Under the pieces are notes generated by a model that worked only from the letters and a program-made list of their open reading frames with translations, was not told the origin of the DNA and did no database searches. Positions 27,801-37,150 of a stretch of DNA of 64,000 nucleotides are shown here, one piece after another. The position numbers were made by a program, and so were the translations under genes. Position 1 is the first letter of the stretch; every line of letters starts with the position of its first letter. The DNA is taken from NCBI GenBank assembly GCA_051362555.1, contig CM120640.1, positions 13,950,001 to 14,014,000 on the forward strand. Direction: 5' to 3'. Source of the stretch: Lingula anatina. Taxonomy: Eukaryota > Animalia > Brachiopoda.

Positions 27801-30800
27801 TATATAGAAAATGTTGTTCATGAACTTTTGATCTATCCTGCCATTATTATCAATGTAATTGCAATAGCCACTGAGCAGTCGTATACATTTGAAGAGGTTG
27901 CTGCTATCATAACTATGGCATTACTCTTCATAGATGGCATTGATTTGATTTTCAACGTTTACACTGTGAGAATGTTCATGGCTTGGAAAATCACCAGGAA
28001 TATTGAAGATGAAATCTTGAAAGTAGCAGTGGACGAGAGTAATACATTAGAAAATGCCACCCTCGGAGGGAGCAAATTTGGTCGTGTGCTACAACGATTT
28101 TACTTCACTATGTTAGGAAACACAATGCTTATGGGATTGATGCTGTGCACTCTGGGAGTGCAGGTTTTATATGACAATCAAGACTCAGGGGACTATACCA
28201 TGTCATTGTATGCCATTCTCCAGATCGTTTTAGTTCTCTTTTTTCCATTTTACAGCATTTTCCTCTTCATAGCAGTCAATTATTTTTGGATTTTTGAGTT
28301 GTTCATCAGTATTAATCGTGCTGTCATGCGCAAAAAGGAAATTCAGGAAAATTTAGTTATAGATTATGGGGAGATGGTTGGGGAAGTATTGAATTTTGCC
28401 ATTGATAAATCAGATTATACGGAAGTTCGGCATGAAGATATACAGACTATCACATCCACCCAAAAGTTTTTCTATGCTTTATGGGAGTGGTGGATTGCCA
28501 TATTGTTGTTAATGTGGCCATTAATGTATGCTGCATTTGGAGAGTCACTGAATGTAATCGATGTCCCAAGTGCACCTGAAATGAAGGTAGCATTCTATGT
28601 GACAGCAGCTGTGGTTAATTTACAGGTGTGCTTTTTATCAATTTGTATGCTGGTGATAGCAGTGCTGTTTCTGGCTGGTGGTTTTCTGGTTGTTATTTAT
28701 TATTATTGTGTAGGTAAAAAGAAAAGTAAAGTAGACCACCATGGCAAAGCAGATGACATTGTGAAAGTAGAAAATGGCAATATTGATAAGCTACGATAGT
28801 TCAAGTTTTGATGGTCATATAAAAAGCAATATTTTATGAGAAGTCATGTTCACAAGTGCTGAGCTGAAAAAAAAAATGAAAGAATTGTGAACTGGATTCT
28901 TATTGTGCATTGTGTAGGCTATTATTGATAGCCAAAAGAATGTTTGTGTGTAATCTATATCAAGGACTAATATTGTTGCTGGTTTTTGATCATAAAACCT
29001 TAATACTCAAAATTATTTTTGTTGTTATTTGTCACATACATCTCACACTGTATGCATGTACCCAGCATGTGTGTATAGCATATAGATATATGTACATATG
29101 AATGTGCGCTGTGAAGGCCAGAACTACTATTCGTGCTATAATAAGTTGAATCCTGCTGGGATTACTTGTAATCCTATAATGCAGGTTATGTTAAATAGGT
29201 ATGATTCATTATTCCTTATATTTTCAATGTGTTTGAAAATTAATTTTGGTCTATTATTGAAAATTAAAGTAAATTATTTCTCTAGAAACTAAGCATGTTT
29301 TTACATGTAACTACCCTAGCCTGCATAGCATTTTGACTCATGAATGCATGACTCACATGGCTATGAATAAGGATGAAAGCACTACTTTTTTTCATTTTTA
29401 CAAAAGAGACAATAAAAAATCTATTTCACTGATCCACTTATTATTGTTTTTGATCATTTTAACTGTGTAGACACTTTTTCTACTGATTCAGATGAAACAT
29501 TCTGGCATTTCCGTACGGCCTACTTTGTAGGTCAAGTGTTAAATTGGCTTGATCAAATTATTCTTTCAGTAATATAATTTTACTTTTTTTGACCTGCTTT
29601 AAACATTCTGTTTACAGTAGAAGTGGGGGCTTAACTGTCAAAAATAAGTTTAATTATCATAAGGTTGTCTGTACATATGTCGTCATTAGGTGACTTATTT
29701 TCAAACCACGAGGGAAAAGAAAGAATTACTTACAGGTCATACTGTACTGTACGAGTTAAGTGAGGTCTGTGTATAGTTTGCTTAAAAATAAAGATTAGAA
29801 ATAAAGTTTGCTTAAAAATAAAAATTCATCTTTCATAAAATATACAACTATCAAGAAAAAGAAATGCTATTTAAGGCATTTACATAAAGGTTCTCCAAAA
29901 AGCAATTTCAAGTTATGAGAAAAAAGACCCATCCACTGACATTCTTTGGATTTCATTTCAAAAGTATTTCTTTTAATTCTAATATTTATTCTTATATATA
30001 CTTATACATTTTTTGTCTTTTGCAGGCAAAGTATTTCCAAAATTGCGAAAGAGGAACAATCGTCTGCGGGGCAGCAGCTCCAGTGCCTCAGGCTCCAGTT
30101 CAAGCCAAGATGGAGACCTGCATTCAGACTTGTTTGTAGATGAGGAGACCACAGACTATGTTTTTAGGATTATCACCACATTCAGACCAGAGAACATGCG
30201 TAAGTCCTGAGTTTCATAATAGGTCTGAATAGAAGGTATTTGAATTATATTCTCCCCTATAAGGACAAATAGAAATTATACTTTTACTTAATATTGTGCC
30301 TGTTTTGTGTATATTATTATTGGACTTGTTACTACAAAGTTAAATGTCAGTGATTTGGTAGATGCATGTTCCTTATTTGTAATTTCAGATAGTAAATCAT
30401 CTCTGTTGTTACACACTACGTACATTTCAGTTTAAAGAATTTTGAGACTAATGCTTTTACAAGGTAATTTTCTTCTATGAAATGGTTGCTTTCAAATTTG
30501 TTCATCACATTTGATTTAAGCCCCAGAAATCCTTGACACAAAGACAGAGTTCAACTTCAAGCTGTTGGACCTGTTTCCATGGCAGAATAAAGAGACCAAC
30601 GTGAGCAAGCCGTCTACTCCAGTCACCCCAGAGACTTCCGTGCATTCGTACGCTAGGGCGCAGCAGCACATGAACAACACATGTATCTTTCAGAATCAGT
30701 CAAACCACAGGTATTGATGCTTTTATGGACAGTTCATCTATTCAGTATTTGCCAACTGTAAGTAAGATGTGGGGATTTTAAAGTGATAAAATTGGATGAA

Positions 30801-33800
30801 GTTATTCTGGATAAACCTATAGAGAAAAAGAAATGCAGAGTAAAAACTCAAATGTCATTTCAGATTTTAAAAAAACTTAAAGATGCATGTGAAGTGCTTG
30901 TAAATGCCCTATTACATAGATAAATTGTTTAAACGAGTTTCTTACACAATTCAAATAAAATCCAAATGCCAGAAAACTAGTACCTGCATGTCACAACCTA
31001 GCTACTGTACACATTTTGCTCCATTCAAATACTTGCTTTGTAAAAAAAATTGAAAAAGAATTGAAAATAAACTATAAAAGAATTGAAAAAAAAAATTATA
31101 AAATAAACTGTCACTATTGTTCCATACATTTGTATACATTCCAGAGCCACCATAAAACAGCTGTGTGATACTATGAGGAAGCAGATTCTGTCACGGGCAT
31201 TCTATGGATGTAAGAGAATATTGTACCTATGGAATCATTACTTGTGTCTAACAGTTTTGTAGAGGTTCATGTACAGTCATACCTACATTGTCTATAAAAT
31301 AAATAGATCATAAAAAAGTAGTAGAACTTTTTTTATGCAGGAATGTTTACAGATTTGAAACCTTGTCATTAAAGAGCACCTATCCACCTAATTAAGCATC
31401 ATTCATTCTCTGACTTGGGCGTTTACCAACTATGAAATATAACTAAAAAAAGACAAAGTATTTTTATTTATTTATTTATTTATTTATGTAATTTATTTAT
31501 GTAATTTTTTGCCATCTCTCTCAGGGCTTGCTCACCGTAGACACCTGAAGACAGTGCGTACTCACCTGTCTGGTCTGGTGAACAGTACCATGTACCCTGT
31601 AGATGACCCATGTGACGCGGCTTGTGGCCTCTCTGCTGATACCTGGGCAGAACTGTATAAGAACCAAGTGGTGGAAGACTCCTTGGAAGTGAATAGACTG
31701 ACTTATTATGGTGGTGTGGCACATGAAATTAGGAAGGAGGTGAAAATGCATGTACTTTGTCTTTTGCTTTTAAGCTGTGAAAATCATCATTGTTGTTATT
31801 AGTTACTGAAGTATATTGTATTGTTGTACAAATTATTGATACTTTTTATTCCCAATGACATTGTTATAAAGTTAGGCACATTGGTAGTTTACCAGAATTA
31901 TGGTGTGTCTTCTCAATTCATCTAATGTTGTAGTAGCCGGCACTCATTCTGTTCTCTATGTGGGAAGTGTAAAAAGCCTTAATGGTAGAACAATTCCTGT
32001 GATTTTTTAACTAAGCACAACATATAGCAAAACAATATTCTGAAGTACAGCTAATTAAAAGTTTGTATTGCAGGTATGGCCCTACTTACTTGAACATTAC
32101 ACATTTGGCAGCACTCCAGAGGAGAGACAAGCACTGGACCAATCCATACAAACTGGCTACGAACAAACCATGTCTGAATGGCTTGCTGTGGAGGCAATTG
32201 TTAAGCAACGAGAAAAGGAATCTGCTTTAGTCAATCTATCGAAATACTCGTCAGGAAGCACCGATACCATTCCTTTAGTCAGGAAGGATTCCAGTTTGAG
32301 TAATGATGTTTTCTTCGATGGCAGCCTTGAGGTGGAAGAATTTCATCCCCACGAGCCACCATTGACAGAGGAGAGCTCAACCGGAGCCTCAACCCCAATG
32401 AGTGATCAGGCTGCGTTAAAATTGGTCCAGTCAGAAGTGGCTCAACTGTCAGCCAAAATCCAAGAAGAATTCACAGCAACTACATCCACGACTGCCACAG
32501 AGAACAAAGAGAAGGTGGATGACATGAGAGCGACGATACAACGACGTAATCTGAAAAGATCTGATGAACTGGACAGCACCAGCCCAGATGAGGGGATAGG
32601 GGACTCCCTCCTTCAGAGACAGAGTACCTGTGAGTCCAAGGGGACTCTGTATGACAGTTTTGACAATGACAGTGCTTGTGATCGAGGTGACGAAGACCAG
32701 GGGCCAAGTAAGGACATTGTGGTCACATACCCAGCAGCAGAGGATGTGTTCTCCAAGGGCGAGAGCACCCCTAAAGGGGAGGTCACACCTGAAGACCAAG
32801 AAGTCGCAGCGCTCAATGAAAATGCCAAACGTTCAGGCATCAGTGGTTTGTATTTTCTTCTAATTTATATAGAGTATTATTTAGTTTTTCACTTTCAATC
32901 ATCAATTGAAATATTAGGTTCTTCTTTCATGATAGAGTTCACATTTTTCCATACATTCAAAGCAAGAGCTTAAGCTATCTGTAATTAAGTTTTCTTCCAG
33001 TTTTTTCATGATTGAGTGCTTTCATTATCATCTTTGAGACAAAATATTTTAGAAATTGCCTGTCATCATTATGCAAATTTACTTTCAGAGAAAACCAGAC
33101 ATCTTTCTACCTCAAAGGAGAGTTTGGCATCTCCAGCCTCCCCAGCTTGTCATGGTGCTGCTTACACTGTAGGCCTATGTTTATAACTCCTGGAATTTTT
33201 ATTGTGATAACTTTAAAAAAATAAAATAAATGCAGATTTTTTGCCAAAAGAGAAAGCTTCTGAGCAATTAAGTGACAATTGACTTCATAAAATTTGATTG
33301 GTTGTGGTTTAAGGATTTTGTCCATTTCATTTTTTTACCATTTTTTACACTATTTCCATTAAATTAATCAGGTTTGAACTATGTGGCTATAATATTGCTG
33401 CTTGTGAAGCCACGATTTCAACATAGCTCCAACTTTTCTCCTTTTCTTGAGTTGAAATATTTCCGCTTTGTAAAACTAAAAATTTTTTATTCATATTAAC
33501 ATATTTAATTACAGCCAGAATTACTGGACAGTGTGGCTCTCAACCTCCACCGTATTGACAAGGATGTTCAGAGATGTGATAGGAACTACCACTTCTTCAC
33601 TACAGAGAACCTGGAAAAGCTGAGGAATATAATGTGCACGTGGGTTATGATTATTGCAGTTGCTTTGGGTTAAATTCTGTAACAATGAGAGTTAGAATAG
33701 TCAAGGTGATATGTGGTTAGCACCCACTGATAAAACTTCATATTTTCATCTTAGAATAGCTACAGATGTAAGCAAAAAGTAGAGACATTCTAAAAAGATT

Positions 33801-34366
33801 CACTGTCTAAATTGATACCTAGAGAAGTGACTGCAGCAGGAAGTGATATGTATGATGAACTATGTTGCATTAAAGAAGATGTCCTCAAGGAAATCCCATG
33901 TCCATTTTGTTTTCAGATATGTGTGGGAAAACTTGGATGTTGGCTATGTTCAAGGCATGTGTGACCTCCTGGCCCCCTTGCTAGTCATTTTTGATGATGG
34001 TAAGTAGCTCATGGTTATTTAGGGAAGTGAGTATATACATATTTAAAGCATTCTAAATGTAACCCAGAAAGGAGAGCCATAGCTGATCATTTTTTTGTGA
34101 TGGCATGCTACAGATTTTTGTCTTAATATCTGTGGCTGTAAGGCCCATGCAAAGGTGAGAGGTGTGAAACAAGTCTGAAATGGACACAATGGAGGCCTGG
34201 GCAGTCTTAATTTATCTGCAAATGAAAGATATCACATCTAGGGAATTTTTGAAGGACATGATACAGACACCTGCTGAAGACTCGCCTTCCTAGATATACT
34301 GTGAAGGTGTGGGCTGTAGCATTGAAGCAGGCCAAGGTCAGCACAGACCATCCAAATTATTGTCTT

Positions 34367-34443
<77 letters not shown>

Positions 34444-35840
34444 TCTGTGATTTCAGAGGCCCTGTCATACAGCTGCTTCAAGCAGTTAATGAAGAGGATG
34501 TCTGGAAACTTCCCACATGGAGGCGCAATGGACACACACTTTGCTAACATGAGGTCACTCATTCAGGTGATAGTTTACTCTTTGCTGCAATTTGATAACC
34601 AGGAATAACTTTGCACAGGTTGACTGTTTAAGTGAAAAGTCTCATAGGTTCTATATAATTATAGTTTTCTTCTGATGTCCCTGTTATTGGACTTATTTTT
34701 TCATGGTTATTTTACCACCAGTGTGTATACTGTAGATTGTGGTTCACTACTGCTGTATCTTACGTCTTCCATATCCACCTGGGGTATATATTGGGAGCAA
34801 ATCTTCCTGGCAGCTGCTCTTTATAGAATACAGAGGCTAATGTCATTTTATAGCAAGAAATGAAAACTCTTCTTAACTTATTTGCTTTGCTGTGTGTTTT
34901 AACCCCTTTAAACCAAGCTGGTAGTACTTAGAAAGTAGAAAGTAGTAATGCCTCTTAGATTCTCTTTTTTTTTCTTTGATTGAAGCAAAATAACATGCTA
35001 ACTTTATAGCACAGACATTAATGAATGCATTTCCTGAAAAATTCCTCTTTAGATCCTAGATTCTGAGCTGTTTGAGCACATGCACCAGAATGGGGACTAC
35101 ACACACTTCTACTTCTGCTACAGGTGGTTCCTGCTGGACTTTAAGAGAGGTACTAGCTAACCAAATAACTTGGAGTGATGTTCTTTTAACTTCACAATAA
35201 TTTGCAGTATTTTGTGTGTGTGTGTGTGTGTGTGCGTGCGCGCGCGCATGTGTGTGTTTATAAATGATAAAGGGACAGTGTTTTGCAGTTAAGATTTAGT
35301 CCCTATTTTGTATTTTAGAAGAGAGTTGATTAATGACTAAGTATTATAGCTCCAGTAAATATGGTGTTCAATTTTTCCCCCTACAGAACTGGTGTATGAT
35401 GATGTTTTCTCAGTATGGGAGACCATCTGGTCTGCCTGCCACATCAGCTCCTCTCACTTTGTCCTCTTCATTGCTCTGGCACTGGTGGAATACTACAGGG
35501 AAATTATTATGGACAACAACATGGACTTTACTGATATTATCAAATTCTTTAATGGTGGGTGAGACCGGCATTGTAGATTATTGATGCCATTGATACTGAA
35601 TTTCTGTAGTCTTTTTGATTGACTTTTTCAATATAAAAGAAATAACAGATAACTTTTTTAGCTGTTTGTCATGTATTTTTAAAAGTTAATTACCATTGCT
35701 ATTTCACAAATGACAAATGTTTGACATAGTGCTGTTGTTTTTCAATTTCAGAAATGGCTGAGCACCACAATGCTAAGCAGGTGCTTGCTATTGCACGTGA
35801 CCTCGTTTACAGACTGCAGAATCTCATTGAAAACAAGTGA
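506..35840 (+). CDS. SGSM1/2: Small G protein signaling modulator (RUN + TBC-domain Rab GAP), 5'-partial; about 1094 aa encoded in the window
   Basis: Phase-consistent GT-AG exon chain: 506-581, 5206-5371, 5806-5958, 6880-6947, 7298-7452, 9630-9767, 10179-10306, 13586-13653, 13894-14058, 30026-30199, 30521-30710, 31145-31209, 31525-31739, 32074-32845, 33089-33168, 33515-33639, 33917-33999, 34457-34566, 35053-35149, 35387-35554, 35752-35840 (TGA). Recognisable SGSM peptides: [88 protein letters not shown]-finger ([12 protein letters not shown]) and Q-finger ([12 protein letters not shown]) are intact; C-terminus LQNLIENK*. Exon 1 lies upstream of the window. Confidence 0.96.
990..1022. repeat. 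(CA)n microsatellite
   Basis: Run of CA dinucleotides in an SGSM intron. Confidence 0.95.
1262..1495. mobile_element. Palindromic MITE, family M1 (related copies at ~11558-11807, ~45275-45460, ~50391-51170)
   Basis: Long inverted arms cagcttaagtggcttagatgtctg..cacctactgaagctgctaa / ttagcagcttcagtaggtg..cagacatctaagccgcttaagttg; shares cagacatctaagcc.cttaag and ttagcgagaatccc with the 11.6-kb copy. Confidence 0.75.
1715..1965 (+). mobile_element. Short non-autonomous Helentron/HINE-like element, family H1
   Basis: 5' subTIR-like accaccaccaagg, a (GTCT/GTTT)n microsatellite, 3' subTIR-like ccttagcagaggt, 3' hairpin gcgctctcagagtgc and a ctagtt end; second copy at 44862-45102. Confidence 0.7.
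3367..3624. mobile_element. Foldback MITE with long terminal inverted repeats
   Basis: caggccttataaacggattaggcatttactaacactacccgcagatcttttagcac pairs with gtgctgaaagatctgtgggtagtgttagtaaatgcctactctgtttatgagacctg; pairing continues inward. Confidence 0.8.
3660..3970 (+). mobile_element. 5'-truncated LINE (RTE-clade-like) 3' end
   Basis: Translation EHVTNEEVL...[41 protein letters not shown] resembles the C-terminal region of RTE-type ORF2; the element ends in a (GAA)n tail, ggcacatgaagaagaaga. Confidence 0.75.
6750..6826. repeat. (TATT)n microsatellite
   Basis: Perfect tetranucleotide run just upstream of an SGSM acceptor site. Confidence 0.95.
11356..11433 (+). CDS. Candidate alternatively spliced 78-nt cassette exon of SGSM
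   Basis: Acceptor gtttcccccctttag, donor GA|gtgagt; 78 nt, phase 2-2 matching the flanking exons; open frame [25 protein letters not shown]. Confidence 0.55.
11558..11807. mobile_element. MITE family M1 copy, apparently inside an older TIR element (~11482-12454)
   Basis: Ends accacgttcccatac / gtatgggaatggtcc. The outer element ends are cacccatacc..aaaccagttcagcaccag / ctggtgctgaaatggttt..gggaagggtg. Confidence 0.65.
12988..13546. mobile_element. MITE with ~35-bp TIRs
   Basis: caatgagcactagacctttacattgcaaaa pairs with ttttccaatacaaaggtctagtgcgcattg; inner ccttaatca / tgattaagg pairing. Confidence 0.6.
14188..14354. mobile_element. Small MITE
   Basis: 22-bp TIRs gcattcagaacagtggactaac / gttagtccagtgttctgaatgc with one mismatch. 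Confidence 0.7.
15822..17477 (-). CDS. Nested gene A: uncharacterised ~9-TM membrane protein (551 aa), paralog of 26776-28799
   Basis: Uninterrupted 551-codon ORF in AT-rich DNA. An acceptor tttcag lies 23 nt upstream of the ATG with an in-frame TAA between, so the ATG is the start. Hydrophilic N-terminus of ~160 aa, then about 9 hydrophobic segments and a Cys-rich C-tail (CQACCC). Aligns colinearly with gene C. Confidence 0.88.
   Translation of the reverse strand: MPKVVHKTVRIVVNHAGAEGQGDSPAVTYHQGQQITYTDASGRTINLQAGSTKTFVNRKTQPRTTHVKSNQVVPSVEMPTPRIKNDQVAVSIPEMDNISTSDRIIHQDQAAVRQDVGAGNISASDRLKNHCFVSDTQRLSYGANQDQANLGHKLITSQTEKPLNPCIATSLEVFMHCVFLANLVFTIADIAVDPNFLHFKIPALIIGILENIVLLVIYFYLKLRYYKNKNTGMTETSEEDKHRNKRIQYITNLCYEFLLYPIIIFTVFGLAVGKDYQFGNAWQITGMILLFIDLVDLSIVYVSRMYMVRRLVKDMELILNVHGFKVSERTGFCGGILTRTYICIVGNSFLFAVMLLLLGFQIHADNYISEDYLLSFRSAFMILCTVLIPFLSLVNFILVNYYWILECLLLISKYAARDFGDAVEVYREKYGEAFADTLEHIILNTEANESRIRDIQQVAPMQKFLYGTQEWWIIILVILFNTLAMSIPAFYQSDPHSGHGSTFAIAAYIVVLIASNIQTVATLVLLLLIGFAFVFTMLYEICQACCCRQTS
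18272..18312 (+). other. Degenerate hammerhead-ribozyme-like motif (possible Penelope-like element relic)
   Basis: CTGAGGA-A-GGCTC-ttgagtt-GAGCC-GAAA: core boxes and a 5-bp stem II are present; stem I, stem III and the cleavage triplet are not convincing. Confidence 0.3.
21163..21234 (-). pseudogene. tRNA-derived Pol III relic (pseudo-tRNA or SINE head)
   Basis: Minus strand GGACTTGC-TGGCCCAGTGG (A box)...CTGCCAA...GTGGG-TTTGATT-CCCAC (T arm/B box)-TCAGTTCTG followed by a T8 run; acceptor, D and anticodon stems are imperfect. Confidence 0.55.
21518..22801 (-). CDS. Nested gene B: orphan 427-aa disordered acidic/Ser-rich protein with a single C-terminal TM (tail-anchored)
   Basis: Intronless 427-codon ORF with an in-frame stop upstream of the ATG. 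Hydrophilic throughout except the C-terminal [24 protein letters not shown]. No recognisable domain. Confidence 0.75.
   Translation of the reverse strand: MPRTSSTRRNATEMYCMVFFTGSLMEAGDIHVIPNATEKNNNTDTDGPKKGGQQFTFAERFSEETPASKQCFKNESVTKEKNVQGEWLFGTSDDGDGPERHDATVRWTSDHDINTDHAQDNGQLLVPYQEEHAFKHRSNANPAHSSVSPECDHSSIEAGTGTEKKIAEHKKIQKPLSEPLIAEFQETERVECEEVDVVTSIEKDGKHTCGASNDIKGNFETLLLEEIEEQSEENGDFKIECEIRETETNHNHSEGLCTMCSMNQNNEVHLEQEMPNQKSHKHGLRKKTFSLITSPQKSTGTNSLSSNDTKETTISSNRSHTSQLTLSEFESNRGFSLFSSKTSSVDKVSQKWNSKRQTKSVPRDAIDDSSGKHKYSKPSDPPEVDEEIEKKKERWEEMTSEQNGIVKYAGLVFFILLFFLLLYKFIK
26776..28799 (+). CDS. Nested gene C: uncharacterised ~9-TM membrane protein (~576 aa), paralog of 15822-17477
   Basis: join(26776..26823, 27117..28799). 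Kozak-like gacATGG; exon 1 encodes [16 protein letters not shown], donor CGG|gtaagt, acceptor tttcag|ATG, phase 0 and in frame. Acidic/Pro-rich N-terminus, then about 9 hydrophobic segments. AATAAA at 29411. The TTG start at 27048 in the ORF track is intronic. Confidence 0.9.
34368..34440. repeat. (TA)n microsatellite
   Basis: Perfect AT dinucleotide run immediately upstream of the SGSM acceptor at 34456. Confidence 0.95.
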
Positions 35841-37150
35841 CATTTTGAAGGAGTCTACCAAACAGTCTTATGACTTAAAAGTAAAACTTTTATGCCAAAG
35901 GAAATAAAAAGGGGAAGATATGGGACCCTTTTTGAGTCAAAGTAAACACTAGACAAAAATAGAAATCCATATATTATCTGGCCAAACTGAATGAATCAGC
36001 TATACCAAAAAATGGCCATTTACATATGTTTACATCATTTAGTTTGGAAGAAAAATCACAGCCTTATCAGAATTGCTACATGAATAATATATTTGTCCTT
36101 AGAAAAGACATATGTTCATGCAGTTGCATAATTTATCTTAAAGTTATGTATGTATTTTTTTCTTCTACCCAAAAATGGCATATTTGATATTTTGGTGAAA
36201 GTCCGGTTCTGTTTTGAAGTTAATACCAACTAAAGGCCAGAACCTGTTTATTCCATTTCTCATTTTCGTCCAGTGCATCATGTGTTGACTTTTACCTTTT
36301 TTCATCGCTTAAACTTTGAGCAATTAACTTTTTCCCAAAGTACAAATTTTATAATGAAAATAATTTTAAATTATGACCTATAGGGACAATTTATACCAGC
36401 TTTAGATTTCTTCTTTTGAAAAGAACTTTTACATTTCTTGACTTTTGTCAATTACAAAGTGGTGCTGGCAGTTGAAGGTGTAAAGTAGAAAAAAAAGTAT
36501 GATGGACTGGCTTTAACAGTTTTAATTTATTGGTTTTTGTGGTATTCAGTTTTATCTATAAATCTTCAAAATACTTAACTTCAGAGGAATGTTCTCAAGA
36601 TATATATAATTTAATGTCTATTATATTCTTCATGACCATTATATAGGTTGTAGATGTTTATCCTTCATTGATAGACATCTTTTCTCTAATTAGTTGTAAC
36701 ATTCAGTATTTGAAGATGGTTCATAAAAGTAATGTACAAATAGTGGAAAACATACAGTAATATGTAGGATATGAGCTTACAATGCAAAATAGAACCACTT
36801 GATAATTTGCCATTCTCAACTTGTAAAAATAGTCTTGGTATTTTAATTATGATCCATTTAATTCTCAATGGGAATATTTTAACTTTCATTTATGAAGATC
36901 TGTAACCCACAAATGTGCACGTTTTAAACAATAAACTTTTAATAATAAAACTTCAAAAGCACATTACTGCCACTCTTATTATGTAGATATTCATTTCTGT
37001 CAACATACTTAATATAAGCTATGATAAATTCTGTATAGTGATGTCTTGTGGTTTAGTGTTACAAATCTACAGTATATATTATTGTACATTCACGTAGTAG
37101 ATTTTGGACTGTGATGTTATAAGTCGATAAGGAATCTAAACCTCACTTAA

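Noticed and set aside
15822-28799. Assigning A and C to GPCRs, presenilin/SPP proteases or XK scramblases
   Set aside because: Diagnostic motifs (DRY/NPxxY, YD plus GxGD plus PAL, ESxPQ) are absent.
32449-32863. Several overlapping antisense or alternative-frame ORFs
   Set aside because: Shadows of the long, GC-richer SGSM exon 32074-32845; the same applies to short ORFs overlapping genes A, B, C and MNT.
34238-34562. ORFs with IYIYIY runs (also IYLF, THTH and IIII ORFs elsewhere)
   Set aside because: Microsatellite translations.
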